From Gammaproteobacteria bacterium (lineage in GTDB: Bacteria; Pseudomonadota; Gammaproteobacteria; Eutrophobiales; Eutrophobiaceae), in contig CBDEUK010000002.1 in the NCBI GenBank assembly GCA_965243205.1, positions 768,001 to 832,000 of the forward strand: 64,000 nucleotides of DNA, given 5' to 3'. A program made the position numbers and the translations under genes. Positions 1 to 9,786 of the stretch are shown piece after piece (the stretch's first letter is position 1; every line of letters begins with the position of its first letter). The notes under the pieces were generated by a model. That model did no database searches. It was not told where the DNA came from and saw only the letters and a program-made list of their open reading frames with translations.

Positions 1-644
1 GACTCTTCAGTCGCTTCTAGCTTTTGCTCAGCCGCAGCTTGTTGATCTTCAGCGATGGCTTTTTTCACTTCTTCATCCAAACCTTCAAATAAATCTGGAT
101 TCATTTGGTCAAAGTCTTTTATCTCAGCTAAAGGCGGTAATTCGGAAAGCTTTTTTAAATTAAAGTAATCTAAAAATTCCTTCGTCGTCGCCAATAAGCT
201 CGGCTTACCAGGCACATCACGATGGCCAACAATTCGCACCCACTCACGTTCTTGTAAGGTTTTTACAATGTTAGAGCTGACAGCAACACCACGAATATCT
301 TCGATCTCGCTACGCGTGATTGGTTGGCGATAGGCAATAATGGCTAATGTTTCTAATAAAGCCCGAGAATATCTCTGAGGTTTTTCATCAAAAATACGAT
401 TAACCCAATCAGCGTATTTTTCTTGCACTTGCATACGAAAACCACTGGCCACTTCGACTAACTCAAAACCACGGTCTTGGTAATCTTGTTGTAATTCTTC
501 CAAAGTTTTACGAATAGCGCCTCTATCAGGCGGTTCAACATCTAATTCAAAAATCTTAGATAGATCAGAAATATTCATGGGTGAATCAGCCGCCATTAAT
601 ACGGCTTCAAGCGTATTTTTTAATTGTTGTTGTTCCATATCCAT
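1..644 (-). CDS. scpB: SMC-Scp complex subunit ScpB (3' end runs off window)
   Basis: Manual translation from ATG at 644: MDMEQQQLKNTLEAVLMAADSPM...ALLETLAIIAYRQPITRSEIEDIRGV...GHRDVPGKPSLLATTKEFLDYF. Lies directly downstream of scpA. Confidence 0.93.
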   Translation of the reverse strand, partial: MDMEQQQLKNTLEAVLMAADSPMNISDLSKIFELDVEPPDRGAIRKTLEELQQDYQDRGFELVEVASGFRMQVQEKYADWVNRIFDEKPQRYSRALLETLAIIAYRQPITRSEIEDIRGVAVSSNIVKTLQEREWVRIVGHRDVPGKPSLLATTKEFLDYFNLKKLSELPPLAEIKDFDQMNPDLFEGLDEEVKKAIAEDQQAAAEQKLEATEE

Positions 645-658
645 TATCTATATATTAA

Positions 659-1516
659 TTATGCTGCAGCCTTCACGTAGATCGGGCCATTAGTATCGTT
701 TTGTACCATTTCAATTAATGCCGATTTTAGTAGTTCTAAAATCGCTAATAGTGAAACGATAACTCCCGCTCTGCCCTCTTCAAATGTAAACAATTGAGTG
801 AAATCGATAAAATCATCGGAATCGACTTTTTCTAATACGATACTCATACGTTCACGTAACGATAACGGCTCACGGGTAATTAAATGGTGGGTATACATAT
901 CTGCACGATTTAGTACATCGGCAAAGGCTTTTAAAATGCTATCCAATTCGACAGTGGGTGGTTCTTGTTGAGATTTTCGATAGGGAAAATCGACAATCGC
1001 CGAAAAGACTTCACGATTCATGCGAGGTAATTCATCGATATCTTCAGCGGCCTGTTTGTAACGTTCATATTCTTGTAAACGTCTGACCAATTCAGCACGT
1101 GGATCATCTTCCTCTTCTTCTTCTACTGGACGTGGCAATAGTAAACGAGACTTAATTTCTGTCAGCATGGCCGCCATTAATAAGTATTCTCCAGCCAACT
1201 CCAATTGCATTTCTTCCATCAGCTCAATGTACTGCATATATTGCTGGGTAATTCGAGCAATCGGTATGTCCAAAATATCCAGATTTTGTCGTTTGATCAG
1301 GTACAACAATAAATCCAATGGCCCTTCGAAGGCCTCAAGGAATACTTCCAAAGCCTGTGGTGGAATGTATAAATCTTTTGGGACTTCGGTTATCGGCGAA
1401 CCTTGCACAATCGCAAAAGGCATTTCAGACTGTTCTGAGCCTGCATGAGATTCGTGTTCTGCTGTATCTATTTCAGCATCGGTATCTTCTGAGGATTCAA
1501 CATCTTCAGTATTCAA
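659..1516 (-). CDS. scpA: Segregation/condensation protein A
   Basis: FEGPLDLLLYLI, AGEYLLMAA and DPRAELVRRLQEYERYK motifs. Confidence 0.95.
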   Translation of the reverse strand: MNTEDVESSEDTDAEIDTAEHESHAGSEQSEMPFAIVQGSPITEVPKDLYIPPQALEVFLEAFEGPLDLLLYLIKRQNLDILDIPIARITQQYMQYIELMEEMQLELAGEYLLMAAMLTEIKSRLLLPRPVEEEEEDDPRAELVRRLQEYERYKQAAEDIDELPRMNREVFSAIVDFPYRKSQQEPPTVELDSILKAFADVLNRADMYTHHLITREPLSLRERMSIVLEKVDSDDFIDFTQLFTFEEGRAGVIVSLLAILELLKSALIEMVQNDTNGPIYVKAAA

Positions 1517-1639
1517 TATTCTTCACCAGCAATGTGTAAATTTAAGGAATGATTATTCTTATATATAGGGTTCTGCCGTAGCAGAATTAGGAGGCGAGTA
1601 TAACATGGAAGTGACTTGGTTTTCGTCGAAAAAATGATT

Positions 1640-2260
1640 TCAGAGCAACCAGGTCACATCACCTTTGCCTTGGCGAACGACTTCGATGGTATCGCCAACC
1701 ATATCTAATACGGTCGTTTCTTCAATGCCACCGTTGCCACCATCTAAGATCAAATCGACTTGATTGCCAATTTTTTCTTGGATCTCAAAGGGATCCGTTA
1801 ATGGTATGTCTTCTCCAGGTAATATTAAGCTGGTACTCAAAATTGGCTCACCAAATACGGACAAAAGCTCTAACGCAATTCGATTGGCTGGAACACGTAG
1901 GCCTATGGTTTTTTTAGACGGATGTTGCAGTCTTCTAGGTACATCACGACTGGCAACCATTAGAAAGGTATAAGGACCAGGCGTTAAAGATTTTACTAAG
2001 CGAAATGAGCTGTTTTCTAATTTGGCAAAATTACCTAAATCTTGCAGATTCTGGCAAACCAAGGTCATGTGGTGAGATTTATCCAAACGACGAATTTTAC
2101 GGATACGATCCACAGCATTTTTATCTTCCAAATGACAAGCCAAGGCATAGCAAGAATCCGTTGGATAGACAATTATCCCCCCTTTGTGCAAGGTAGCCGC
2201 AGCCTGATTCAACAAGCGTGCTTGCGGATTTTCAGGGTGTAATGTCAGTAACTTCGCCAT
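1640..2260 (-). CDS. yciO: YciO/Sua5/YrdC family threonylcarbamoyl-AMP synthase-like protein
   Basis: YPTDSCYAL, PGPYTF and TIGLRVP motifs; conserved position next to scpA. Confidence 0.9.
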   Translation of the reverse strand: MAKLLTLHPENPQARLLNQAAATLHKGGIIVYPTDSCYALACHLEDKNAVDRIRKIRRLDKSHHMTLVCQNLQDLGNFAKLENSSFRLVKSLTPGPYTFLMVASRDVPRRLQHPSKKTIGLRVPANRIALELLSVFGEPILSTSLILPGEDIPLTDPFEIQEKIGNQVDLILDGGNGGIEETTVLDMVGDTIEVVRQGKGDVTWLL

Positions 2261-2321
2261 TTGTTTTTAACTTCGTTTTTCCGTTATGATGCTGCTTTTG
2301 TATTCTTTTATAATAAAATCT

Positions 2322-2894
2322 ATGAAATTCTTATTTGACTTCTTTCCGCTGCTTGCGTTCTTTCTCGCCTTTTATATTCCTGAGGATCGTGAACAAGCCA
2401 TCTACATTGCGACTTATACATTAATCATTTCCAGTGTGATTCAGATCGTTCTTTATTGGCTATTGTTTCGAAAATTCGAAAAGATGCACCTTATCACATT
2501 TGTTGTCGTGCTGATATTTGGTGGGCTGACCATATACCTACAAGATGAAAATTTTATTAAATGGAAACCAACGATTGTTAATTGGTGTTTTTCCATTGCC
2601 TTATTCGCCAGTCATTTCATTGGTGACAAACCATTATTCCAACGCATGATCAATATGGCAGATGATAAAGTCACATTACCTAGACATGTCTGGCGCAATA
2701 TTAATATGAGTTGGGCAATCTTCTTTTTGTTCCTTGGCTTTGTAAACTTGTATGTTGCGTTTAATTACAGCACGGAATTTTGGGTGAACTTTAAAGCTTG
2801 GGGCATGACATTATTGAATTTCACTTTCTTAATCGGCATGGGTGTTTATATGTATAAATACCTTAAAGATGAACCAGAAACATCACAAGAATAA
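2322..2894 (+). CDS. yciB: Inner membrane septation protein A (YciB/IspZ)
   Basis: MKFLFDFFPL, FIKWKPTIVNW and WVNFK motifs; start moved to ATG 2322. Confidence 0.92.
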   Translation: MKFLFDFFPLLAFFLAFYIPEDREQAIYIATYTLIISSVIQIVLYWLLFRKFEKMHLITFVVVLIFGGLTIYLQDENFIKWKPTIVNWCFSIALFASHFIGDKPLFQRMINMADDKVTLPRHVWRNINMSWAIFFLFLGFVNLYVAFNYSTEFWVNFKAWGMTLLNFTFLIGMGVYMYKYLKDEPETSQE

Positions 2895-2915
2895 AAAGCA
2901 CAGGGGAACAACTCA

Positions 2916-3212
2916 ATGTATTATTTAATAATGGGTATCGATGTTGAAAACAGTTTAGAAAAACGCATGAGTGTACGTGCTGATCATATTGCACGATTAG
3001 ATTCTTTAAGAGATGAAGGCCGCTTGTTAACTGCAGGCCCTAACCCTGCAATCGATAATGAAGACCCAGGTCCAAACGGTTTTACTGGTAGCGTGATCAT
3101 TGCTGAATTTGAATCGTTAGACGCTGCGCAATCTTGGGCTGATGACGATCCTTATATTAAAGCTGGTGTCTATGACAACGTCATCGTAAAACCATATAAG
3201 AAAGTCTATTAA
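2916..3212 (+). CDS. yciI: YciI family protein
   Basis: [21 protein letters not shown] and DPY motifs. Confidence 0.92.
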   Translation: MYYLIMGIDVENSLEKRMSVRADHIARLDSLRDEGRLLTAGPNPAIDNEDPGPNGFTGSVIIAEFESLDAAQSWADDDPYIKAGVYDNVIVKPYKKVY

Positions 3213-3478
3213 TGGATAGAGTGGAAGCGATTCGTCAACGAATCACGGAATCCTTATCTCCATCAACACTAGAAATTACTGACGATTCACATCTACACAA
3301 AGGTCATGCTGGTGCAGCCAGTGGTGCAGGCCATTTTACGGTTAATGTCATTGCAGATGTATTTAAAGATAAATCACTTATTGAAAGACATCGCATGATT
3401 TACCAAGCCGTGAATGATTTAATGCGAACCGAAATTCATGCTTTGAGTATTCAAGCTAAAACTCCGGAAGAAGAATAA
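3212..3478 (+). CDS. bolA: BolA family protein
   Basis: DDSHLHKGH, RHRMIY and IHALSI motifs; TAATG coupling to yciI. Confidence 0.92.
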   Translation: MDRVEAIRQRITESLSPSTLEITDDSHLHKGHAGAASGAGHFTVNVIADVFKDKSLIERHRMIYQAVNDLMRTEIHALSIQAKTPEEE

Positions 3479-4290
3479 TCAAAGGTAATAAACCTTTTTT
3501 AAAATGGCCAGGCGGTAAATACCGTATCGTCTCGCGTATTTTAGAGCGTTTACAACCTGGTAAACGTTTAATAGAACCGTTTCTAGGTTCAGGCTCAGTT
3601 TTTTTAAATGCTGAGTATGATGAATATCTATTAGGTGATAGTAACCCTGATTTAATTAATTTATATCATCAGTTAACAACTGAACCAAATGAATTTATTC
3701 GTTATTGCAAACGTTTTTTTAATGATAAAAAAAACCAAGAAGATTGGTTTTATAAATATCGTAAAGATTTTAATCAATCGAATAAGCAACGTAGAAAAGC
3801 TGCTTTATTTTTATATTTAAATCGACATTGTTATAACGGTTTATGTCGGTACAACAGTCGAGGTGAATTTAACACACCTTTTGGACGATATAAAAAACCT
3901 TATTTCCCTGAAAAAGAAATGCAAAATTTCTTTGAGTATTCAACTAAAGCTAAATTTTTAAATGCAGATTTTTTTGAAACGATGTCACAGGCAAAAAAAG
4001 GTGATGTTATTTATTGTGACCCACCTTATGCGCCTTTAACCAACACGGCATACTTTACAGATTATCATGTAGGTGGTTTTAATTGGGATGATCAAATTGA
4101 ATTAGCAAAGCTAGCTGAGGCGTTGGCAAAAAAAAATATACCTGTTGTCATTTCTAACCATAATACAAAAGAAATTAAAAAATTATATAAAGAGAAAGGT
4201 GCAAAGATAATTTCGTTTGATGTACAAAGAAATATTAGTTGCAAGGGTAATAATAGAAAAAAAGTAAAAGAAATTCTTGCTGTTTTTTAA
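3478..4290 (+). CDS. dam: DNA adenine methyltransferase (Dam family); non-canonical ATC/ATA start
   Basis: Frame is open from 3460 to 4290 and reads (I)KGNKPFLKWPGGKY...IEPFLGSGSVFLN...YLNRHCYNGLCRYN...YCDPPY. The first ATG/GTG/TTG is at 3919, after the N-terminal motifs. Confidence 0.88.
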   Translation: MKGNKPFLKWPGGKYRIVSRILERLQPGKRLIEPFLGSGSVFLNAEYDEYLLGDSNPDLINLYHQLTTEPNEFIRYCKRFFNDKKNQEDWFYKYRKDFNQSNKQRRKAALFLYLNRHCYNGLCRYNSRGEFNTPFGRYKKPYFPEKEMQNFFEYSTKAKFLNADFFETMSQAKKGDVIYCDPPYAPLTNTAYFTDYHVGGFNWDDQIELAKLAEALAKKNIPVVISNHNTKEIKKLYKEKGAKIISFDVQRNISCKGNNRKKVKEILAVF

Positions 4291-4352
4291 AATAACCAGA
4301 CTGATTTTCAAAAAGTATTTTAACGATAGTTATCTCTTGATATATTCTAATA

Positions 4353-5180
4353 GTGGCTGCTAAATCAAATCTAATACAAGAAAAACACATCTTCACCAAT
4401 GAAAACCTAAAATCAGAGCTATGCTTTGAAGGCAACCATGGTGAAGTCGTACTTTTTAGCCATGGCAATATAAAAAATCATAATTCCAATGAAGATTCAG
4501 CGGCCGTTATACATCTGAATGCAAACCATACCATCTTAATGGTTGCTGATGGTCTTGGTGGACATGCAGAAGGCGCAAAAGCTTCAAAATATGTTGTCGA
4601 AACGTTGTGTGAAGACCTCACAAAAAATTCTTCTGCAAATATTCAGGAAACAATCAATCAATCATTAGAACGCAGTAATGAGTTGATTTGTCGTTGGAAA
4701 AATAATGCCGGAACTACGATTGCTATCGCGGAAATTTTAGATAACAAAATTAGAACCTATCATGCAGGTGATTCAGAAATACTAATTTGTGGTGCGAAAG
4801 GCAAAATCTGTTTAAGAACTACAGCACACTCACCGGTTGGTTATTCGATAGAATCAGGGCAACTGAGTGAAGAAGATGCCATGCTGCATCCTGATAGACA
4901 TTATATTTCTAACTATCTTGGCCATAGGACAATGCATATCTGTACAAGCCAGTTTAAAAAAATAAAACCACGTGACACATTAATCTTAGCCACCGATGGT
5001 TTATTCGATAATTTAACCAAATCTGAAGTTATTAATACCATTCGCACAGGGCAATTAAAAAACTCTGCTAGTCATTTGATTGAACAAGCGCACACTAAAA
5101 TGACTGACTTTGAAAACCACATCGTATCTAAACCCGATGATATGACATTTATATTATTTCGTCTGAGTCGTTCAACTTAA
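4353..5180 (+). CDS. PP2C/PrpC-family Ser/Thr protein phosphatase
   Basis: NEDS, VADGLGGH, GTT, HAGDS, LATDGLFD and DD motifs. Confidence 0.88.
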   Translation: MAAKSNLIQEKHIFTNENLKSELCFEGNHGEVVLFSHGNIKNHNSNEDSAAVIHLNANHTILMVADGLGGHAEGAKASKYVVETLCEDLTKNSSANIQETINQSLERSNELICRWKNNAGTTIAIAEILDNKIRTYHAGDSEILICGAKGKICLRTTAHSPVGYSIESGQLSEEDAMLHPDRHYISNYLGHRTMHICTSQFKKIKPRDTLILATDGLFDNLTKSEVINTIRTGQLKNSASHLIEQAHTKMTDFENHIVSKPDDMTFILFRLSRST

Positions 5181-5247
5181 AACTGCATAGTGCAATACGT
5201 GTTTATTTGTTACTCTTCGAAAAATATACAACAAATTATTTTTTAAA

Positions 5248-6375
5248 ATGGATACAACCGTAAAACTTGCAGAAGAATTAATTTCTAGACAGTCAGTAAC
5301 GCCTGAAGATGGTGGTTGCCAAAAACTATTAACCGAACGTTTAGAAAAAATCGGATTTAAAGCCGAACAAATTGACTTTGAAGATGTGAAAAATCTTTGG
5401 ATCACTCATGGTGAAGGACAACCTGTGTTTGCCTATTTAGGTCACACTGATGTGGTTCCAACAGGTCCGCTTGAAGAATGGGATTCAGATCCATTTACAC
5501 CAGAAATTCGTGATGGATATTTATACGGTCGTGGCGCTTGTGACATGAAAGGCAGTATCGCCTGTATCGTAACCGCACTCGAACGATTCATTCCTGAAAA
5601 CCCAAATCATGAAGGGACAATCGGTGTTTTATTAACCAGTGATGAAGAAGGCATTGCCATTAATGGCGTAAAACGTGTTATCGAAACGTTTGAGGAACAT
5701 GGTACTAAAATACAATGGTGTTTAGTCGGTGAACCATCTAGTGAAAAATCCATTGGCGACATCATTCGTCCAGGCCGACGCGGTTCTTTAAATGCTGTAC
5801 TTACGATTCATGGCATTCAAGGCCATGTTGCGTTTCCGGAAAAAGCACGAAACCCAATCCATCAAGCTAGCCAAGCCTTAACGGATTTATGTAATGAACA
5901 ATGGGATAATGGTAATGATTTTTTTCCGCCCACAGGTTTTCAAATTGTTAATCTGCAAGCTGGCACTGGCGCTGAAAATATCATTCCAGGCGCTTTAGAA
6001 GTCGGATTTAATTTTCGCTTTTGCACCGAAAGCACCGAAGAAGGTTTGAAACAACGTGTTTTAGAAATATTAGATAAGCATAATTTAGACTATGACATCC
6101 GCTGGCGCTTATCTGGTTATCCATTTTTAACGGAAGACGGTGAATTACTAGAAGCCGCCAAGTTTGCAGTAAAAACCATCACTGGAAATGATAGCACCCT
6201 ATCAACTGCAGGTGGCACGTCGGATGGTCGCTTTGTTGCACCCACAGGCGCAGAAGTCATAGAATTAGGCTTGGTCAATGAGACCATACATAAAATCAAT
6301 GAATGCGTTAAAGTCGATGATTTAATCACTCTGTCATCCATTTTTGAAACACTATTAAATAAACTATTTAAATAA
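5248..6375 (+). CDS. dapE: Succinyl-diaminopimelate desuccinylase
   Basis: [36 protein letters not shown] and TIHKINE motifs. Confidence 0.95.
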   Translation: MDTTVKLAEELISRQSVTPEDGGCQKLLTERLEKIGFKAEQIDFEDVKNLWITHGEGQPVFAYLGHTDVVPTGPLEEWDSDPFTPEIRDGYLYGRGACDMKGSIACIVTALERFIPENPNHEGTIGVLLTSDEEGIAINGVKRVIETFEEHGTKIQWCLVGEPSSEKSIGDIIRPGRRGSLNAVLTIHGIQGHVAFPEKARNPIHQASQALTDLCNEQWDNGNDFFPPTGFQIVNLQAGTGAENIIPGALEVGFNFRFCTESTEEGLKQRVLEILDKHNLDYDIRWRLSGYPFLTEDGELLEAAKFAVKTITGNDSTLSTAGGTSDGRFVAPTGAEVIELGLVNETIHKINECVKVDDLITLSSIFETLLNKLFK

Positions 6376-6386
6376 TAAGTCTTATC

Positions 6387-6923
6387 ATGAAAAAATTAGA
6401 AGAACTATTTGAAACACTCTTATTCAGCACTCGTTGGTTATTAGCACCTATCTATTTTGGTTTATCATTTGCTGTGTTAGCGCTTGGTATTAAATTCTTT
6501 CAAGAGATCATCCATGTCTTTAGTCATATCAATGAATTGAAAGAAACTGATTTAGTACTAACAACACTATCATTAATAGATATTACATTGGTTGGTAGTC
6601 TTATTGTGATGGTCATGTTCAGTGGCTATGAAAACTTCGTCTCTAAAATAGATGTAGATGCAGGTAACGATAAACTGGATTGGCTAGGTAAGCTTGATGC
6701 TAATACTTTAAAGTTAAAAGTAGCGGCCTCTATCGTTGCTATTTCATCCATTCATCTACTCAGAAAATACATGGAAATACCTTCCATCTATGAAGAACAT
6801 GAATTGGATATCGCACACAGCAAACTGATGTGGTACACCATAATTCATATGGCCTTTGTTGTATCTGCCCTAATGCTGGCATATCTGGATAAAATCGCTT
6901 TCGCCGCTCATCGCGACCATTAA
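6387..6923 (+). CDS. TIGR00645/YqhA family membrane protein
   Basis: [16 protein letters not shown] and [18 protein letters not shown] motifs. Confidence 0.88.
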   Translation: MKKLEELFETLLFSTRWLLAPIYFGLSFAVLALGIKFFQEIIHVFSHINELKETDLVLTTLSLIDITLVGSLIVMVMFSGYENFVSKIDVDAGNDKLDWLGKLDANTLKLKVAASIVAISSIHLLRKYMEIPSIYEEHELDIAHSKLMWYTIIHMAFVVSALMLAYLDKIAFAAHRDH

Positions 6924-6943
6924 AAAACGTTAACCTTCAGGGC

Positions 6944-6970
6944 TTAAGTTTTATTAAGCCCTGCCGATAG
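6944..6970 (+). promoter_or_regulatory. sigma28 (FliA)-type promoter, overlapping hairpin 6938-6963
   Basis: TTAAGTTT-N11-GCCGATAG versus consensus TAAAGTTT-N11-GCCGATAA. Confidence 0.7.
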
Positions 6971-6998
6971 CCTATTCACACTCGTATAACTAATAAAA

Positions 6999-7820
6999 GT
7001 GAATAACGCTATGATAAATAACCAAGAAGCAGAGCAGCTTATACAAAAATCATTATTAAATGGTGTCGATATTGGTGTTCTCATTACCAATGAAGAAGAC
7101 ACTATCGTCTGGGCAAACGATGCATTTTGCCAAATTTTAGATGTTTCCTATGGTTCTATCGACAGAACCTCCGCCATTTCTTTACTGGATTTAGATCCAT
7201 TCGGGCATAACAGCAGTCAGTTTCGTGTCAAAACCAAACGTGCTGACGATGAAGATATTTGGCTAACCTGTTTTCAAATCAGTGAATCTACTCAAGACGA
7301 TATGAAAGTCTTCATTCGATATTTTATCGATATCTCAGATCTACAACGTCGACAAAAAATGCGTCTCGCAGTAAGTTCAGGTTTTGAAGCATCAAGAATG
7401 GACCCAGAAACAGGTGTATTAAACCGTCGAACCATTATTCAAGAACTCAATACTGAAATTTCACGTAGTCGTCGTTATGAAAACCCATTAAGCGCTATTT
7501 TAATTCAGTACTCTACATCCAGTGCTCTGTCTGTTGAAAATGTAGAAACGAAAGAACAAGCCATTGCCAACGCCATTAACTCTGAATTACGTTGGGTCGA
7601 TATTATTGGCAGCTTAAGTAAAGGTTGTTTCTTAATTGTACTACCTGAATCCAGTGAGTCAGGTGCTGAACAAGCTTGGAATAAAATTTCTACAGCTCTA
7701 CAACCTTTCATCAATGAAAAACAATATCAGGTAAGTTATTCAGATTGGCAAAAAGATAATAATGCCGATGAATTTATTGCTCGCCTACAATCTGATTTAC
7801 AAATCTCAAAGGTGGCTTAA
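6999..7820 (+). CDS. PAS-like domain plus degenerate GGDEF-domain protein
   Basis: D-PETGVLNRR and RSRRYENPLS motifs; active-site motif replaced by SKGCF, while the RxxD I-site (RWVD) is retained. Confidence 0.75.
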   Translation: MNNAMINNQEAEQLIQKSLLNGVDIGVLITNEEDTIVWANDAFCQILDVSYGSIDRTSAISLLDLDPFGHNSSQFRVKTKRADDEDIWLTCFQISESTQDDMKVFIRYFIDISDLQRRQKMRLAVSSGFEASRMDPETGVLNRRTIIQELNTEISRSRRYENPLSAILIQYSTSSALSVENVETKEQAIANAINSELRWVDIIGSLSKGCFLIVLPESSESGAEQAWNKISTALQPFINEKQYQVSYSDWQKDNNADEFIARLQSDLQISKVA

Positions 7821-7831
7821 CCAGCCACCTT
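7809..7831. terminator. Hairpin between convergent genes
   Basis: AAGGTGGCT-N5-AGCCACCTT. Confidence 0.55.
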
Positions 7832-7850
7832 CATTTACAAATTCTCTAAA

Positions 7851-8576
7851 TTAAGCTCTATCTCTTTTATGAGTTGGCATTAAACTCATTAAGCCAACCA
7901 CCATCATCCAAAATGCTCCAGGTAATGGTACTGGGCTAGTAGCAGATGCACGTTCACCATAAATCGCTTGTATACCGGCTATATCATCATTTGATAAACC
8001 GGTCAGCGAACCATTAATAAACGCATCTAATATAGAGTCTTCTTCTTCAGAATGGCCTAATCCTAATGAGTGTCCAATTTCATGTAATGCAACAAGAAAA
8101 ATACTATAGGGTGTACCTGTATCAGCAAGGCTCCAGCTGCGAGCATCTCCATCTTGTTTATTTTCATTAATGTTAGCGTTAAACATGATATCGCCAATAC
8201 TTGGAAACCACGCATAGGCTAAACCATTATTACTAATACCTAGATCACCAGCAATTTTAATATCTGCTTGTTCTGGATCATTCGCTAATTCAAAATCGAT
8301 ATCTGCAACTGCTGACCATGCGCTGAATGCATTGGATATTTCAGTTTCATAACCATTTGGCATAAAGGTGGATAAATCGACCACATTCGATTGCACACAA
8401 CCTTGAGCACAGAATGCAGATGTAGTGAATCCGTAGGTAACTGTGCCGCCTGGATTCAGAAAACCTGGTTCGCCCCATTTTTGATTAGGGCCTATGACAA
8501 TTTCATAAGCATGAACGCTTGAGAAAAAAGAAAATAAAAGGATAAAAGATACTAAAAATTTATAAAAAGACTTCAT
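7851..8576 (-). CDS. Secreted matrixin (M10) zinc metalloprotease with VPLPA/PEP-CTERM-type sorting tail
   Basis: Signal peptide; HEIGHSLGLGHS metzincin motif; C-terminal VPLPG + hydrophobic helix + basic tail. Confidence 0.85.
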   Translation of the reverse strand: MKSFYKFLVSFILLFSFFSSVHAYEIVIGPNQKWGEPGFLNPGGTVTYGFTTSAFCAQGCVQSNVVDLSTFMPNGYETEISNAFSAWSAVADIDFELANDPEQADIKIAGDLGISNNGLAYAWFPSIGDIMFNANINENKQDGDARSWSLADTGTPYSIFLVALHEIGHSLGLGHSEEEDSILDAFINGSLTGLSNDDIAGIQAIYGERASATSPVPLPGAFWMMVVGLMSLMPTHKRDRA

Positions 8577-8633
8577 GACTACAGCTCCTAAAACGAGTAC
8601 ATATTATTTTTGGTATGCCCTACACTTTAGTAG

Positions 8634-8660
8634 TTAACGGCTGCATGTTTGATTTCTTGA
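8634..8660 (-). promoter_or_regulatory. sigma28-type promoter of the matrixin gene
   Basis: Minus strand TCAAGAAA-N11-GCCGTTAA. Confidence 0.55.
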
Positions 8661-8700
8661 ATAATTTATGTGAGTTGGTTGGCAACAGAATTTTGCTAAA

Positions 8701-8716
8701 CGTGAAGCTAATCACG
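8701..8716. promoter_or_regulatory. CRP-family-like operator
   Basis: CGTGA-N6-TCACG palindrome upstream of the matrixin gene. Confidence 0.4.
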
Positions 8717-8739
8717 TAAAAACCATTAAAGTTATAAAT

Positions 8740-8764
8740 AAAAAACCCCGCATTGCGCGGGATT
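8740..8764 (-). terminator. Rho-independent terminator of the FNT gene
   Basis: CCCGC/GCGGG stem with an A-run on the plus strand (U-tail on the minus strand). Confidence 0.6.
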
Positions 8765-8786
8765 AATATCAGACTATTTCTGAAAA

Positions 8787-9662
8787 TTATTCTTCAAATG
8801 GCTGTAAGTCTGTTCCATTCGATTCAGATTTACCTCGCAGGTAAATCACGTAGTAAGCAAACGCAATTAACCCTGCGCCCCCCACTATATTTCCTAAAGT
8901 AACTGGAATTACATTGTTCAAAAAACCGCTCATATCCAGTAAAGCAATCTGTTCTTCACTTAAAGAGCTTTTATATAAAATATCGGGATTTAATTTGGCT
9001 AAAATACCTAAAGGGATCATAAACATGTTTGCAATACAATGCTCAAAGCCCATCGCGACGAATGCTGAAATAGGCATAATGATCGCTAAGATTTTATCAG
9101 TCACTGAACGTGCGGCATACGTCATCCAACTCGCTAAACACACCAAAGCATTACAAAATACACCCAAGAAAAACCCCTCAACAAAAGTGTGATCAACTTT
9201 GTGTAATGCAATATTCATTGCAGTAACTCCCACTTGATAATGATGGCCTTCTAAATAACCAGATAGATACACAAACCATAAAGTAATCAACGCACCAATA
9301 GCGTTCCCCAAATATACCAATAACCAGTTACGTAGAATTTGCATAGTTGAGATCAAACTATTCGCCCAAGCCATGACAATTAAATTGTTACCTGTAAATA
9401 ATTCAGCACCAGCAATGACGACCAAAATAAATCCGAGTGAGAACGCAATACCACCCAACATCTTCGATGCACCCCAAGCCGTTGATGGTTCTGTCATCAC
9501 AACGGTGTAATACATCGCGCCAAAAGAAATAAACACACCAGCTAATATCGCTAACATCATCATTTTATTAAACGGCATCTTGGCCTTGGTAACCCCAATC
9601 GATTGTAATCTGTCTGCTACGTCGGCTGGTGAGTGTGGATCAAATTGATTGTATAAAGACAT
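8787..9662 (-). CDS. Formate/nitrite transporter (FNT) family channel
   Basis: AGAELFTGN, GNAIGA, CNALVC, FEHCIANM and VTLGNIVGG motifs. Confidence 0.92.
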   Translation of the reverse strand: MSLYNQFDPHSPADVADRLQSIGVTKAKMPFNKMMMLAILAGVFISFGAMYYTVVMTEPSTAWGASKMLGGIAFSLGFILVVIAGAELFTGNNLIVMAWANSLISTMQILRNWLLVYLGNAIGALITLWFVYLSGYLEGHHYQVGVTAMNIALHKVDHTFVEGFFLGVFCNALVCLASWMTYAARSVTDKILAIIMPISAFVAMGFEHCIANMFMIPLGILAKLNPDILYKSSLSEEQIALLDMSGFLNNVIPVTLGNIVGGAGLIAFAYYVIYLRGKSESNGTDLQPFEE

Positions 9663-9733
9663 AACTTACCTCTTAGATAATTTAATTAAGATGATGTGAA
9701 CATCTTTCTTCACCATCATAAGGAATAAGATAC

Positions 9734-9759
9734 AAAAACGGGGCTGTTGCAGCCCCGTT
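9734..9759 (-). terminator. Rho-independent terminator of aceA
   Basis: AACGGGGCTG-TTG-CAGCCCCGTT preceded by an A-run. Confidence 0.75.
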
Positions 9760-9786
9760 ACTAAAGGAGGGATTGAATAGTTCTTT

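Noticed and set aside
3919-4290. 123-aa ORF as a complete gene or truncated dam pseudogene
   Set aside because: The frame continues uninterrupted to 3460 with the N-terminal Dam motifs; only the canonical start codon is missing.
8679-8696. sigma54 promoter (TTGGCAAC...TTGC) for the matrixin gene
   Set aside because: GG-GC spacing is 12 rather than 10, and it points away from the gene.
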